Source: Chiloscyllium plagiosum (taxonomy: Eukaryota). From it: a stretch of 64,000 nucleotides of DNA. The stretch covers positions 46,603,823 through 46,667,822 of the forward strand of contig NC_057718.1 in assembly GCF_004010195.1 (NCBI RefSeq), given 5' to 3'. Both the position numbers and the translations under genes were made by a program. The notes under the pieces were generated by a model. It did not search any database. It was not told the origin of the DNA and saw only the letters and a program-made list of their open reading frames with translations. Positions 1 through 10,584 of the stretch are shown here, in pieces. Numbering within the stretch: position 1 is the stretch's first letter; every line of letters starts with the position of its first letter.

Positions 1-780
1 TTCCCTTCCAATTTAGGTGCAATCCATCCTTCTTGTACCCCTAAGGAGATTCCAATGATCCAAAAATGTGAATCCTTCTCCCATACACCAGCTCCTCAGC
101 CATGCATTCATCTGCTCGACCCTCCTATTCCTGCCCTCACTAGCTCGTAGCACTGGGAGTAATCCAGATATTGCTACACTTGATGACCTCCTTTTTAAAT
201 TTCTGCTTAACTCTCTGTAATCTCCCTTCTCAACCTTTTCCCTTCCTATAACGTTGGTTCCAATGTGGACAGTGACCTCCTGCTGGCCCCTCTCCCCCGG
301 GAGAACATTCTGCATCCTCTCTCAGACATCCTTGATCCTGGGACCAGGGAAACAACACACCATTCTGCTTTTTCTCTGCTGGCCACAGAAACGTCTGTCT
401 GTACCTCTGACTACAGAATCCCCTAACACAATTGATGTCTTGGAAGCCGATGTACCGCTCGTTGCATTTGAGCCAATCTCAATACCAGAAACTTGGGCTT
501 TTCATGCTATGTTCCCCGGAGAATCCATCACCCCCTACATTTTTCAAAACAGCATACTGTTTGAAATGGGTATATCCACAAAAGACTCCTGCCCTAGATG
601 CCGACCTCTCTCACCCTTCCTGGAGTTAACCCATCTATGTGATTGTATCTGAGACTTTCCCCCCTTACTATAACTGCCATCCATCACATACTGTTGCTGT
701 TGCAAATTCCTCATTGCTTCTATCTGTCTCTCCAACCGATCCACTCGATCTGATAAGATTCTGATCATTCGGGACATCTT
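1..780 (-). mobile_element. CR1-type LINE ORF1 fragment (coiled coil plus SGNH-esterase-like region), degenerate
   Basis: Minus ORFs 13..315 (VTVHIGTNVIG...ISGLLPVLRASEGRNRRVEQMNAWLRSWC..EGFTFLDHW) and 544..777 (LSDRVDRLERQIEAMRNL) resemble CR1 ORF1 esterase and coiled-coil segments; split across frames. Confidence 0.8.
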
Positions 781-1734
781 GCAAACTCAGTCCAGGGAGT
801 GTTCCACAGTCAAATGGAATATCATATAAATTCAGTCCGCAGAATAGGTCAGAGATAAACAGGGTGTTTGACGAGTCCATCCATGGCATTATTGAGGCTA
901 CAATCAGCTCTATTTTAGGGATTGGCATAGTTATATTATTTAAGTGAGGGAATAATTAGAGTTAGATGGGGCAATTATATGCAGTGGGGTAGGATCTAGT
1001 AAGTTATGGGAGGAGGGTATATAGTCTTGACAAGAGGAAGTGAATGAATGAAACTCAGGGTCTCTCTGGTCTTGATATGGGGAGAGCCAGCATGAGCATT
1101 GTCACCTTATGAAGAGCTCAAGGACCAAAACAGGGATATTGATTGCAATATAGGAAACCTCAACTGGAACAAGTGGACAGTGAAGGGTCACGGATGAAAC
1201 AGGTTACAAAAGAGCTGGGAACGTGAAGAATGGAAGATAATGAGGATCACAGGGGAAGCCTGCAACTCACTGCAGCAAAACTAATTTCTGAAACTCACTG
1301 GCTTTATCCAATAATCAACTGCACATTAAGCTTTCAATTTTGAGAAGGTTATGCCCAAAGTGGGAGGAGTAATTGTAATTTTTCCAGAAAGGCCCAGAGT
1401 TGATGGCTGGAATGTTTGGCCAACTGAAGGGCCACTCCAGTAATCAAGAGTCCAGTGATCATTCAATGCTAACCAACTGCCTCAATTTCCAGTGTGTCAT
1501 ACCATCCAACTATAAGTTAATCTATGAAGAGATGTTTGATTGCCAGCATGTAATACCTCAGGTCTAACAAAAATTAATTACTACTACAACTAATGAGAGT
1601 GATAGATGACACATCAGTCCCCTTCAAATTCAGAGCATTCTCCCAATTTTCCTCATCCTATACTGCATGACATCTTCAGATTGGGTAGAACATGCCCAAC
1701 ATTAACACTTTCAGAACTGTTCCCTTATACAGGG

Positions 1735-1830
1735 AAAAAGTGAGGACTGCAGATGCTAAAGATCAGAGTCGAGAGGGGGGTGCTGGAAAGGCACAGCAGG
1801 TTAGGCAGCGTTCAAGGATCAGGAGAAACC
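1735..1830 (-). mobile_element. Penelope-like element terminal fragment
   Basis: ACTGCAGATGCT..GATCAGAGTCGAGAG..GTGCTGGAAAGGCACAGCAGG: same terminal sequence as at 7631 and 62135. Confidence 0.6.
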
Positions 1831-2845
1831 TTCTAATTCTCATTTATGTGCTGTGCAACAACAGCATCTGAAAATACAGCAGATACGCAGTGATGACATC
1901 CAGCTCCATCAGATCGTGACTGGTTTTACCAGTAGTCAATCTAATATTCATGCAAAGTCATCACGCATGCTGCATCTAAGTCTGTCCCTTTAAGTTACTA
2001 TGTGCCCTCAAAATAAAGCTTTGAGGAAATTTATCACCACATCACTTGATTGTCCACAATTTCAGTGTTGTTAGATTATCAATATGAGAAGGTTTGAAGC
2101 TATTGTTTTCAGCCTATCCTTCAAACTCTTGTTATCTAACTATCAACTTCAACTCCCTTCCTGGCGACTGTCTCAAACGTAACCAGCAACCTTGACATCC
2201 TATTTGACCCTGAGCTGAAATTCCAATCCTATAAATCTCCAGCACCAAGACTGTGTTCTTTCACTGCTGTGGCCTACCCCTGCCTCAGCCCATCTGAGCA
2301 CCATCTAAATTTGTAAATAGTTCATTTACACATTCAGACATCTGGACCATATTGCAGGTAGATCTTAATAATTCTGAAGACAGTCCTACTAAATGTAGAC
2401 TACTGCACTTCAATTTTAGTTGGAGCTGCTGAATGCTTAAAGAAAGTCTTATCTGGAGAAGGTACATGGTAATAGTTGAATTTTGAAAAAAAAAATTAAA
2501 TGAAAAGTCAATAACACAATAAACTCCATGCTTTTGCTATCTCCAGCTTTAACTATTTTCATGCTGCTTTTCTCTATCTTGTACCTGCTACAAACTGGAG
2601 TTCATGCAAAACTCTGCTCCCTGTCCTGGAAACCCATTCCCCCTTTTGCTCACTGAATGTCACAGAGCCTGTCCTGGAACTCCATGATTTTAAAATTCTT
2701 ACACATGTTTAAGTTTATCCATGTTGTTAACTCTTCCTGCAGTCCAATAATCCTCAGAGATATCTTTTGATTCCTCCCCACTTGTCCATCTCAAACGTCT
2801 TTCACCTTGCCTTCTGGTAGTAATATCTGTAGCTATATGGGCCGA

Positions 2846-3008
2846 AGAGTTTGGTGCTGGAAAAGCACAGCCAGTCAGGCAGCATCCGAGGAGCAGGAGA
2901 ATCGACGTTTCGGACATAATTCCTGATGAAGGGCTTATGCCTGAAACGTTGATTCTCCTGTTCCTTGGATGCTGCCTGACCTGCTGTGCTTTTCCAGCAC
3001 CCCACTCT
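2846..3008. mobile_element. Palindromic mini-element made of two inverted Penelope-like termini, with a hammerhead-like core
   Basis: Left arm AGAGTTTGGTGCTGGAAAAGCACAG...GACGTTTCGGACATAA is the near reverse complement of right arm TTATGCCTGAAACGTTG...CTTTTCCAGCACCCCACTCT; CTGATGA at 2923-2929 and GAAA at 2943-2946. Confidence 0.8.
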
Positions 3009-3819
3009 TAACACTGCAAGGGCTCATCAGTTCATCAATGTTCACTTTGATGTAGGGAGATGGTGGGGATATAGCAGAGGAATGACTTGAGGAAGAGTGC
3101 TGTGTAGGGGCTTCAGGACACTGTGGGAATGAGCACGCACATCATTGAGCATAAGTCTGTATGTAGGCAAAGTTAAAACACTCATGTCTTTTTTCCCCTC
3201 ATTCTAAACATTGATTAAGATTAATGTACATTCTCTACTGAATTATTTAGATTAGTCATTTTCACAAGATTTACTGTGGCATAGCAACAGCACATGCACA
3301 AGCACATCTTGACAAAGAAGGCCATGTCTCTGCAAAGTAATGTCACCACTCTGTCAGGGTACATATTGTACTGCTTTTCAATTGCCACATCTTGGTAACT
3401 CTGTCATACTCGCCAAAGAGGGCAACTAGAGATCAATTCAACATCAGGGAACCACACACATAGTTGGGAATTGGACTCAAGGAACTATAAATAACTCTCA
3501 GGGAAATTAATGTTAATAATAAAGTTTAAGGGAGGATCTTGGATCTGGGATGTCTGATTGCGGGACACCGATAATGTGTCATATGAGACTGATAACAGAG
3601 TGTGTCAGTAGGTTCAAAACAAGAAAACATTTGTCAGGGGCTCTCAAAGCCATGCAAGAAAATCTAAGAGGATGAGGTTAGAAATGGCAATATTACATAT
3701 CAAGGTCTCATAATTTTCAACTTGAATGGAAAGAACAAAATTTTGTAAGCCAAGATATGGAAGCTAAGGCATTGCAAAGATATAGTGAAGGTTAGTTGCA
3801 TTCTGCAATACCACCGGGA

Positions 3820-4750
3820 TAGACAATAGACAATAGACAATAGGCAGGAGTAGATCATTCTGCCCTTCGAGCCTGCACCACCATTCAATATGATCATGGC
3901 TGATCATCCTTAATCAGTATCCTGTTCCTGCCTTATCTCCATAACCCTTGATTCCACTATCCTTGAGAGCTCTACCCAACTCTTTCTTAAATGAACCCAG
4001 AGACTGGGCCTCCACTGCCCTCTGGGGAAGAGCATTCCACACAGCCACCACTCTCTGGGTGAACAAGTTTCTAATAGCCAGAATGTCTTTCCTCAAATTT
4101 GGAGACCAGAACTGCACACAGTACTCCAGGTGTGGACTCACCAGGGCTCTGTACAGCTGCAGAAGAACCTCTTTGATTCTATACTCAATCCCTCTTGTTA
4201 TGAAGGCCAGCATGCTATTAGCTTTCTTCACTACCTGCTGTACCTGCATGCTTACCTTTACCTAAATTGATTCCACTTAGGTAGTAATCTGCCTTCCTGT
4301 CCTTGCCACCAAAGTGGATAACCATACATTTATCCACATTAAATTGCATCTGCCATGCATCTGACTACTCACCTAACCTGTCCAGGTCACCCTGTAATCT
4401 CCTAACATCCTCCTCACATTTCACCCTGCCACCCAGCTTAGTATCATCAGCAAATTTGCTAATGTTATTACTAATACCATCTTCTATATCATTAACATAT
4501 ATTGTAAAAAGCTGCGGTCCCAGCACTGATCCCTGCCGCACCCCACTGGTCATTGACTGCCATTCCGAAATGGAGCCGTTTATCACTACTCTTTGTTTCC
4601 TATCAGCCAACCAACTTTCAATCCAAGATAGTACTTTGCCCCCAATACCATGTGCCCTAATTTTGCTCCCTAACTCCTATGTGGGACTTTATCAAAAGCT
4701 TTCTGAAAGTCCAGGTACACTACATCTACTGGATCTCCCTCGTCCATCTT
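3820..4750 (-). mobile_element. CR1/HER1-type LINE 3' end (RT C-terminus plus tail), with internal deletions
   Basis: ORFs 4365..4610 (SGVRQGSVLGPQLFTIYVND...ISKFADDTKLGG) and 3914..4249 (QLYRALVSPHLEYCVQFWSP); tandem AGACAAT tail at ~3820-3843. Confidence 0.92.
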
Positions 4751-4844
4751 CAGAGAGAGTGTGAAACGCACGAGAAGACATCTGAGGACATGTACAGCTC
4801 AGTAGTAATCACCAGGAGTAGATTTTCCATTGTGACATACGTTG

Positions 4845-6005
4845 TTGATATCGGGACCATTTTCGTGCAAACATCGAGGTGATGTGGTTGCAGAAATGTT
4901 TGATGTATTGCAGATGTTGTCATGCTGACATTGTTAGTCCAGATAAGGTTTGTACATGTACTTTAGATTTTGTGAAGCTGATGACATTAGACAATAGACA
5001 ATAGCAATAGGTGCAGGAGTAGGCCATTCGACCCTTCGAGCCAGCACCACCATTCATGATCACGGCTGATCATTCACGATCATAATGAATGGTGGTGCTA
5101 GCTCGAAGGGCCGAATGAGATCAGAACCAGAGTAAAAATGATAAGTCACCATTTTATTGTGAAAACGATAACCTATCTCAAACAAAGAGTTAAATACAGC
5201 AAACATAAGCTTGAGAGCAACTGTATAAATGCAGCATAATATGAACAGAAAAGTCTGTCTTTCCTGTGTCGAATTTGTACAGCCCACTACATTTCCCAAG
5301 TTTTTAAACGCATGGACAACAGAAACCCGTTAATCTGACAGACCACTCACAGTAAAGCAGCCCATACGGTGAAGCTGGCCCCCTTTCCAGTCAGTATTTA
5401 TAGCAACTGGGAGACAAGAAAGGGTCTCAGTAAAATCAGAAGCAATTTCTTGACAACAAACAACCTCTGAAGAACTCCTTTCAAAGTTCTAAATTTCACA
5501 TTAAAATGCTTTTAATGATCATAATAGCAGGAGGTGAAATGTCTGTCAATTTCAGTAAGCTAATGGTCAGGAATTTGGCTGTGCCCTGCACTCAGGTTAT
5601 ATGGGCAATGCCAGCTTTGCTCCAGACACTGCCAAGCTGTATGTGTGTGTGTGTGTGTTCATGTGCATGTCACTGTGCCACCTAGTGGTGGCCTTCACAA
5701 TAATCACAGCCTTTTCTGTTCATGTTATGCTTGCATTGACACAATTGGTCTCAGGCCTCTGTTTGTTATATTTAACATTCCTCTTTGAGATGGGTATTTA
5801 CTTGCTTTATCTATTCAAAAAACAAATGGTGTTTTATCATTTTAAATCTTGTTCTGATCTCACCAGCTCCTGTAAAATGTAAAGTGCATGTACAAACCTT
5901 GCCCTTGACCAATGTCAGCGCCACAACATCTATAATATATTGAACACTTCTTTAACCACATCATCCTGGATGTTTACATTGAAATGGGTCCTTGCATCAA
6001 AGATG
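4845..6005. repeat. Old element or inverted duplication with ~280-bp imperfect inverted arms
   Basis: 4845-4985 plus 5116-5255 is the diverged reverse complement of ~5710-6005 (e.g. AAGGTTTGTACATG/CATGTACAAACCTT, TGAGATCAGAAC/GTTCTGATCTCA, ATGAACAGAAAAG/CTTTTCTGTTCAT). Confidence 0.65.
4986..5115 (-). mobile_element. Short CR1/HER1 3'-tail insertion with an inverted segment
   Basis: AGACAAT tail repeats; CATTCGACCCTTCGAGCCAGCACCACCATTCAT followed by its inverse ATGAATGGTGGTGCTAGCTCGAAGGGCCGAATG. Confidence 0.7.
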
Positions 6006-6089
6006 CTTCAAAAACCCCAGAGATGGGTAGATCTGTTGGAGTCTGTCAAAGCATGATACATTATGCCATCATAGATTATCTCATAGATA

Positions 6090-7424
6090 AAGAGCTCCAT
6101 GCCCAGATTGGCCCAGGGTCGATCAGGAAATTCTGTATAAATACGAGGTGCCTGTCATTCGTTTCTGTGTTTATCAAGTGTATTACAATTGATCACTCAT
6201 TCCACTAACTGTTTCAGAATCACTGGCCATAAATATTTCCATAAGCTCTCGCTTTGCAATTGGTTATGTTAAAGTGTCCTTGGTGAATCCGCTGAAAAAT
6301 GTCAACAATGAATGAGGAGTTACCAGTGGATCATCAAAAAAAAACCCATGAAATTGTGAACAGTAGAGAATGCTGTTTGTCTTTGAAGTAAACCTTCATG
6401 GTACAATCCGTTAGCTTAGCTCCAGGCTATCATTGGATGCAATATGTGCACGCAACAATGTATTCTTTTCACCTTCTTTGGTTAGGTCAAATATTTTGGT
6501 TGTCTGAGCATAAGACAGTACTTTAATACCAAAAGCATTGTTATCATGTATCAGTGCATCAACTCTGGGTCTAGAAAGAGCAACTGTCAATGTCTGCTCC
6601 TTGGCTTGGACGTATAGAGTCTTGTGTGAGAATCTCGTAAGTATGAGACAACAGGACATGGGGGAATTTTCATTAATTTTTTTTCATCTAGCTTGGACTG
6701 AACATTTATGTTCAGTCTCAATCATGACTTTGAGGTCCAGAGTATAATCAGAATTTGTTTAACTGCCTGTGTATCCACTAAAACCTCCTTGTCAATGAAA
6801 GCATACTGGGTTTTCATATTTGATAACATCCTAGAAGCATTATTAAGTGAGTTTTCAACATCTTTCCAGCTGTACCTGAAAAAGAATTTCCCCAATGCAT
6901 GTGACTGAGGCATTCACAGGAATAAGTGTGTGATATGATGGACGAAGACAGCAGTGGAGGTCAGCATGTCCTTAATCATCTGAAAGACCGTGAGTTACTC
7001 TGCGTCCCAATACAATGCTTGACACTTCCTTAGGAGATTTCTTACAGGTTCCATCACAAAGGCAAGGTATGGTAACAATGTAGCCAATTGATTCAGCAAA
7101 CCCAGAAGCCGTTATGGATTGTGCACCAATTTTGGAGTTGAGAAGTCTTTGACCACCTTGATTTTCTGGGGATTGGCTAGTACCCCAGCCTTGCTGAAAT
7201 TAATGGAACCCCTAACATTCACATATTATCCAGCATAAAGGCCGAGTCTTTTCATAGAGCTGGGTAATTTCAGCATTTGTCAGTATAGAATCTATGTGGC
7301 ATACCATATCATCTACTCCCTGTGAAATGTAGGATATTCTGTATTGAAAAATCTCTTGGCCAGAAGCAATACCAAAGGGTAATCTACTTAAGTGATATCA
7401 ACTGAATAGGGAAATTAAGATAGC
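6090..7424 (-). mobile_element. Decayed Ty3/Gypsy pol: RT C-terminal half, RNase H and integrase Zn-finger region
   Basis: Minus-strand translations with stops and frameshifts: RLPFGIASGQEIFQ..GVDDMVCHIDSIL (RT), GVLANPQKIKVVKDFSTP..LLGLLNQL, ASRMLSNMKTQYAFIDKEVL and LYVQAKEQTLTVALSR (RNase H), HQGHFNITNCKARA and PWANLGMELF (IN). Confidence 0.82.
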
Positions 7425-7615
7425 TAGGTAAAAACAATGACTGCAGATGCTGGAAACCCACCCCCACCCCCACCCCCACCCTCCTCTAGCTTATCTCTCC
7501 ACGCTTCAGGCTCTCTGCCTTTATTCCTGATGAAGGGCTTTTGCCCGAAACATCGATTTTACTGCTCCTCGGATGCTGCCTGAACTGCTGTGCTCTTCCA
7601 GCACCACTAATCCAC
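7425..7615 (+). mobile_element. Short Penelope-like terminal insertion flanked by a 12-bp TSD
   Basis: AATTAAGATAGC at 7413-7424 and 7616-7627; contains CTGATGAAGGGCTTTTGCCCGAAAC (7527-7551) and a (CACCCC)n tract. Confidence 0.75.
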
Positions 7616-7627
7616 AATTAAGATAGC

Positions 7628-9095
7628 ATTGAGAGTGTGGTGCTGGAAAAGCACAGAAAGTCAGGCAGCATCCGAGGAGCAGGAAAGTTGACGTTTCAGG
7701 TCGGAACCCTTCATCAAGAATGAGACTGGGAGCCTTGGGAGTGGAGAGATAAATGGGAGGGGAGGGTGGAACTGGGGAGAAGATACCTGAGAGTGCAATA
7801 GGTGGTTGGAGGTGGGGGTAAAGGTGATAGGTCGGAAAGGAGGGTGGAGCGGATAGGTAAGAAGGAAGATTGACAGGTGGGACAGGTCATGAGGGCAGTG
7901 TTGAGCTGAAAGATTGGAACTGGGGTAAGGTGGGGGGAGGGGAAATGAGGAACCTTGTGAAGTTCACATTGATGCCTTAGGGTTGAAGGATCCCGAAGCG
8001 GAAGATGAGGTGTTATTCCTTCAGGCATCGGGTGGTGAAGAGAGTGGCGATGGAGGAGGCCCAGGACCTGCATGTGGCAGAGTGGGGGGGAGTTGAAATG
8101 TTCACCACAGGGAGGTGGGTTTGATTGGTGCAGGTATCTCGGAGAAGTTCTCTAAAGTGCTCTGCAAGAAGGCATCCAGTCTACCCAAATGTAGAGGAGA
8201 CCGCATCGGGAGCAATGGATACAATAAATGATATTTATTGGTGGATGTGCAGGTGAAACTTTGATGGATATGGAAGGCTCCTTTGGGGCCTTAGACAGAG
8301 GTAAGGGAGGAGATGTGGACGCAGGTTTTGCAATTCCTGCGGTGGCAGGGGAAGGTGCCTGGATGAAGGGTGGCTTGTTGGGGGCGTGGACCTGACCAGG
8401 TAATCGTGGAGGGAACTGTCTTTGTGGAAAGGGGATGGGGTGGGGAGGGAAATATATCCCTGGTGTTGGGGTCCATTTGTAGGTGGTGGAAATGTTGGCG
8501 GATGATGCGATTTCTGAGGAGGTTGGTGGGGTGGAAGATGAGGACCAGGGGGTTTCTGTCCTTGTTGTAGTTGGAGGGGTGGGGTTCGAGGGCGGAGGTG
8601 CAGGACATGGATGGGATATGTTGGAGGGCATCTTCAACCATGTGAGGGGAAATTTCAGTCTTTAAAGAAGGAGGCCATCTGCTGCGTTCTATGGTGGAAC
8701 TGGTCCTCCTGGGAGCAGATGTGGTGGAGGAATTGGGAATAAGGGATAGCATTTTTTGCAGGAGGTAGGTTTGGGAGGAGGTGTAATCCAGGTAGCTGTG
8801 GGATTCAGTTGGTTTGTAGAAAATATCAGTGTTGAGTCGGTCATTGTTGATGGAGATGGAGAGGTCCAGGAAGGGGAGGGATGGTCCAGGTGAAATTAAG
8901 GTCGGGGTGGAATGTGCCGGTGAAGTTGATGAACTGTTCGACCTCCCACATCAATGTAGTGGAGGAAGAGGCGGGGAGCGGTGCCGATGTAACTCTGGAA
9001 GATGGACTGTTCTACGTAGCCGACAAAGAGATAGGCATAGCTGGGGCCCATGCGGGTTCTTATGGCTACTCCTTTTGTCTGGAGGAAATGGGAGA
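7628..9095 (-). mobile_element. Penelope-like retroelement (RT C-terminus plus GIY-YIG endonuclease), left arm of an inverted structure
   Basis: NIIYCIHCSRCGLLYI (ORF 8152..8637) and NKDRNPLVLIFHPT..GTFPCHRRNCKTC (ORF 8291..8752); terminal repeat at 7631-7722. Confidence 0.88.
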
Positions 9096-9964
9096 AATGC
9101 TATCTCGTATTCCCAATTCCTCCGCCTCCGCCACATCTGTTCCTCCATGACTACCTAGTCAGGTCCACGCCCCCAAACAAGCCACCCTCCCTCCTGGCAC
9201 CTTCCCCTGCCACCGCAGGAATTGCAAAATCTGCGCCCACACCTTCCTACTTACCTCTGTCCAAGGCCCGAAAGGAGCCTTCCACATCCATCAAAGTTTC
9301 ACCTGCACTTCCACACATGTCATTCACTGTATCCATTGCTCCCGATGCGGTCTCCTCTACACTGGGGAGACTGGACGCCTCCTCGCAGAGCACTTTAGAG
9401 AACATCTCCGGGACACCCGCACCAATCAACCCTACCACCCCATGGCTGAACATTTCAACTCCTCCTTCCCACTCTGCTGAGGACATACAGGTCCTGGGCC
9501 TCCTCCATCACCACTCCCTCACCACCCGACACCTGGAGGAAGAACGCCTTATTCTCTGCCTCGGGACCCTTCAGCCCCAGGGCATCAATGTGGATTTCAC
9601 CAGTTTCCTCATTTCCCCTCCCCTCACTTTACCCCAGTTCCAACCTTCCAGCTCAGAACTGCTCTCATGACCTGTCCCACCTGTCCATCTTCCTTCTTAC
9701 CTATCCACTCGACCCTCCTCTCTGACCTATCACCTTTGCCCATACCTCCATCCACCTATTGCACTCACAGCTACCTTCTCCCCAGCCTCACCCCTGTCCC
9801 ATTTATCTCTCCACCCCCAAGGCTCCCAGCGTCATTCCTGATGAAGGGCTCCAAATCGAAACGTCAATTTTTCCTGCTCCTTGGATGCTGCCTGACCTGC
9901 TGTGCTTTTCCAACAACACACTCTCAACTCCGATCTCTCGCATCTGCCGATCTCACTGCCTCCT
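9096..9964 (+). mobile_element. Penelope-like retroelement GIY-YIG region plus terminus, right (inverted) arm
   Basis: Reads VIHCIHCSRCGLLYTGETGRLLAEHFREHLRD (~9319-9415); reverse complement of 8757 to 7630 with an internal deletion; followed by AATTAAGGTAGC at 9965-9976. Confidence 0.88.
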
Positions 9965-10570
9965 AATTAAGGTAGCGAGCAGTTGGGATTTTTCATCCAG
10001 AGGGACATACCAAAATCAATATTAGCATACAACCTTGTAAATATTCTACTGGACCATGTCCTCTGATTGTTCTTTTTACATTTTCTGTTAGTGGGTGAGG
10101 GATTTTCCTAGATGTAAAGAGACATACAGACTTGGTGTCAGTCTTATAAGGAGCTTCTAGCTTTCTCAGTCCAGCAAACAATTTGGGATATTGTGGTTGG
10201 AAAGCACTTTTGATAGCGTTTGTGTGAGTTCCTAAACTCTGTGCAGGAGATTGAGGGAAATGCATATCTCAATAAAGAAGATTGCTGTTAGCTGTTAATG
10301 TATGCTTTCTCCTCATATGTGTGATCTTTGAGTTTCAGTATGATATGAAATGTGTCTTTAACCATAGGAATCATACCTCTGGCTGCACACAGCTTTAAGT
10401 CAGGTGGTATAATGTTCATCTCCACCATGAGGTATCAACTAAGATGAACATGACATTGGCAGGAATAAACAGTTTAGACATGATGGTTTAAGCTTTCACA
10501 TGAGTGACTTCTGTCAAATCTACATCAGGTGACTGTTTAATTTCTCCTGTGGATCGGAATGTAGTTTTCC
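9965..10570 (-). mobile_element. Decayed Ty3/Gypsy pol, continued (protease region plus RT N-terminus)
   Basis: Minus translation SRIFTRLYAN..FWYVPLDEKSQLLATLI joins the 7424 side (matches the TKLDANSGFWQVPLD..SRLLTTFITPF motif); YPKLFAGLRKL..VCLFTSRKIPHPL in ORF 9993..10265. Confidence 0.78.
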
Positions 10571-10584
10571 TAAATAGCTGCACT

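Noticed and set aside
4750..4985. Continuation of the Gypsy integrase core
   Set aside because: Only vague peptide resemblance; the sequence is better explained as an arm of the 4845-6005 inverted repeat
9967..9976. TTAAGGTAGC, resembling the 28S rDNA R2/I-PpoI target
   Set aside because: Only a 10-nt match with no flanking rDNA; it is explained as Gypsy RT coding sequence
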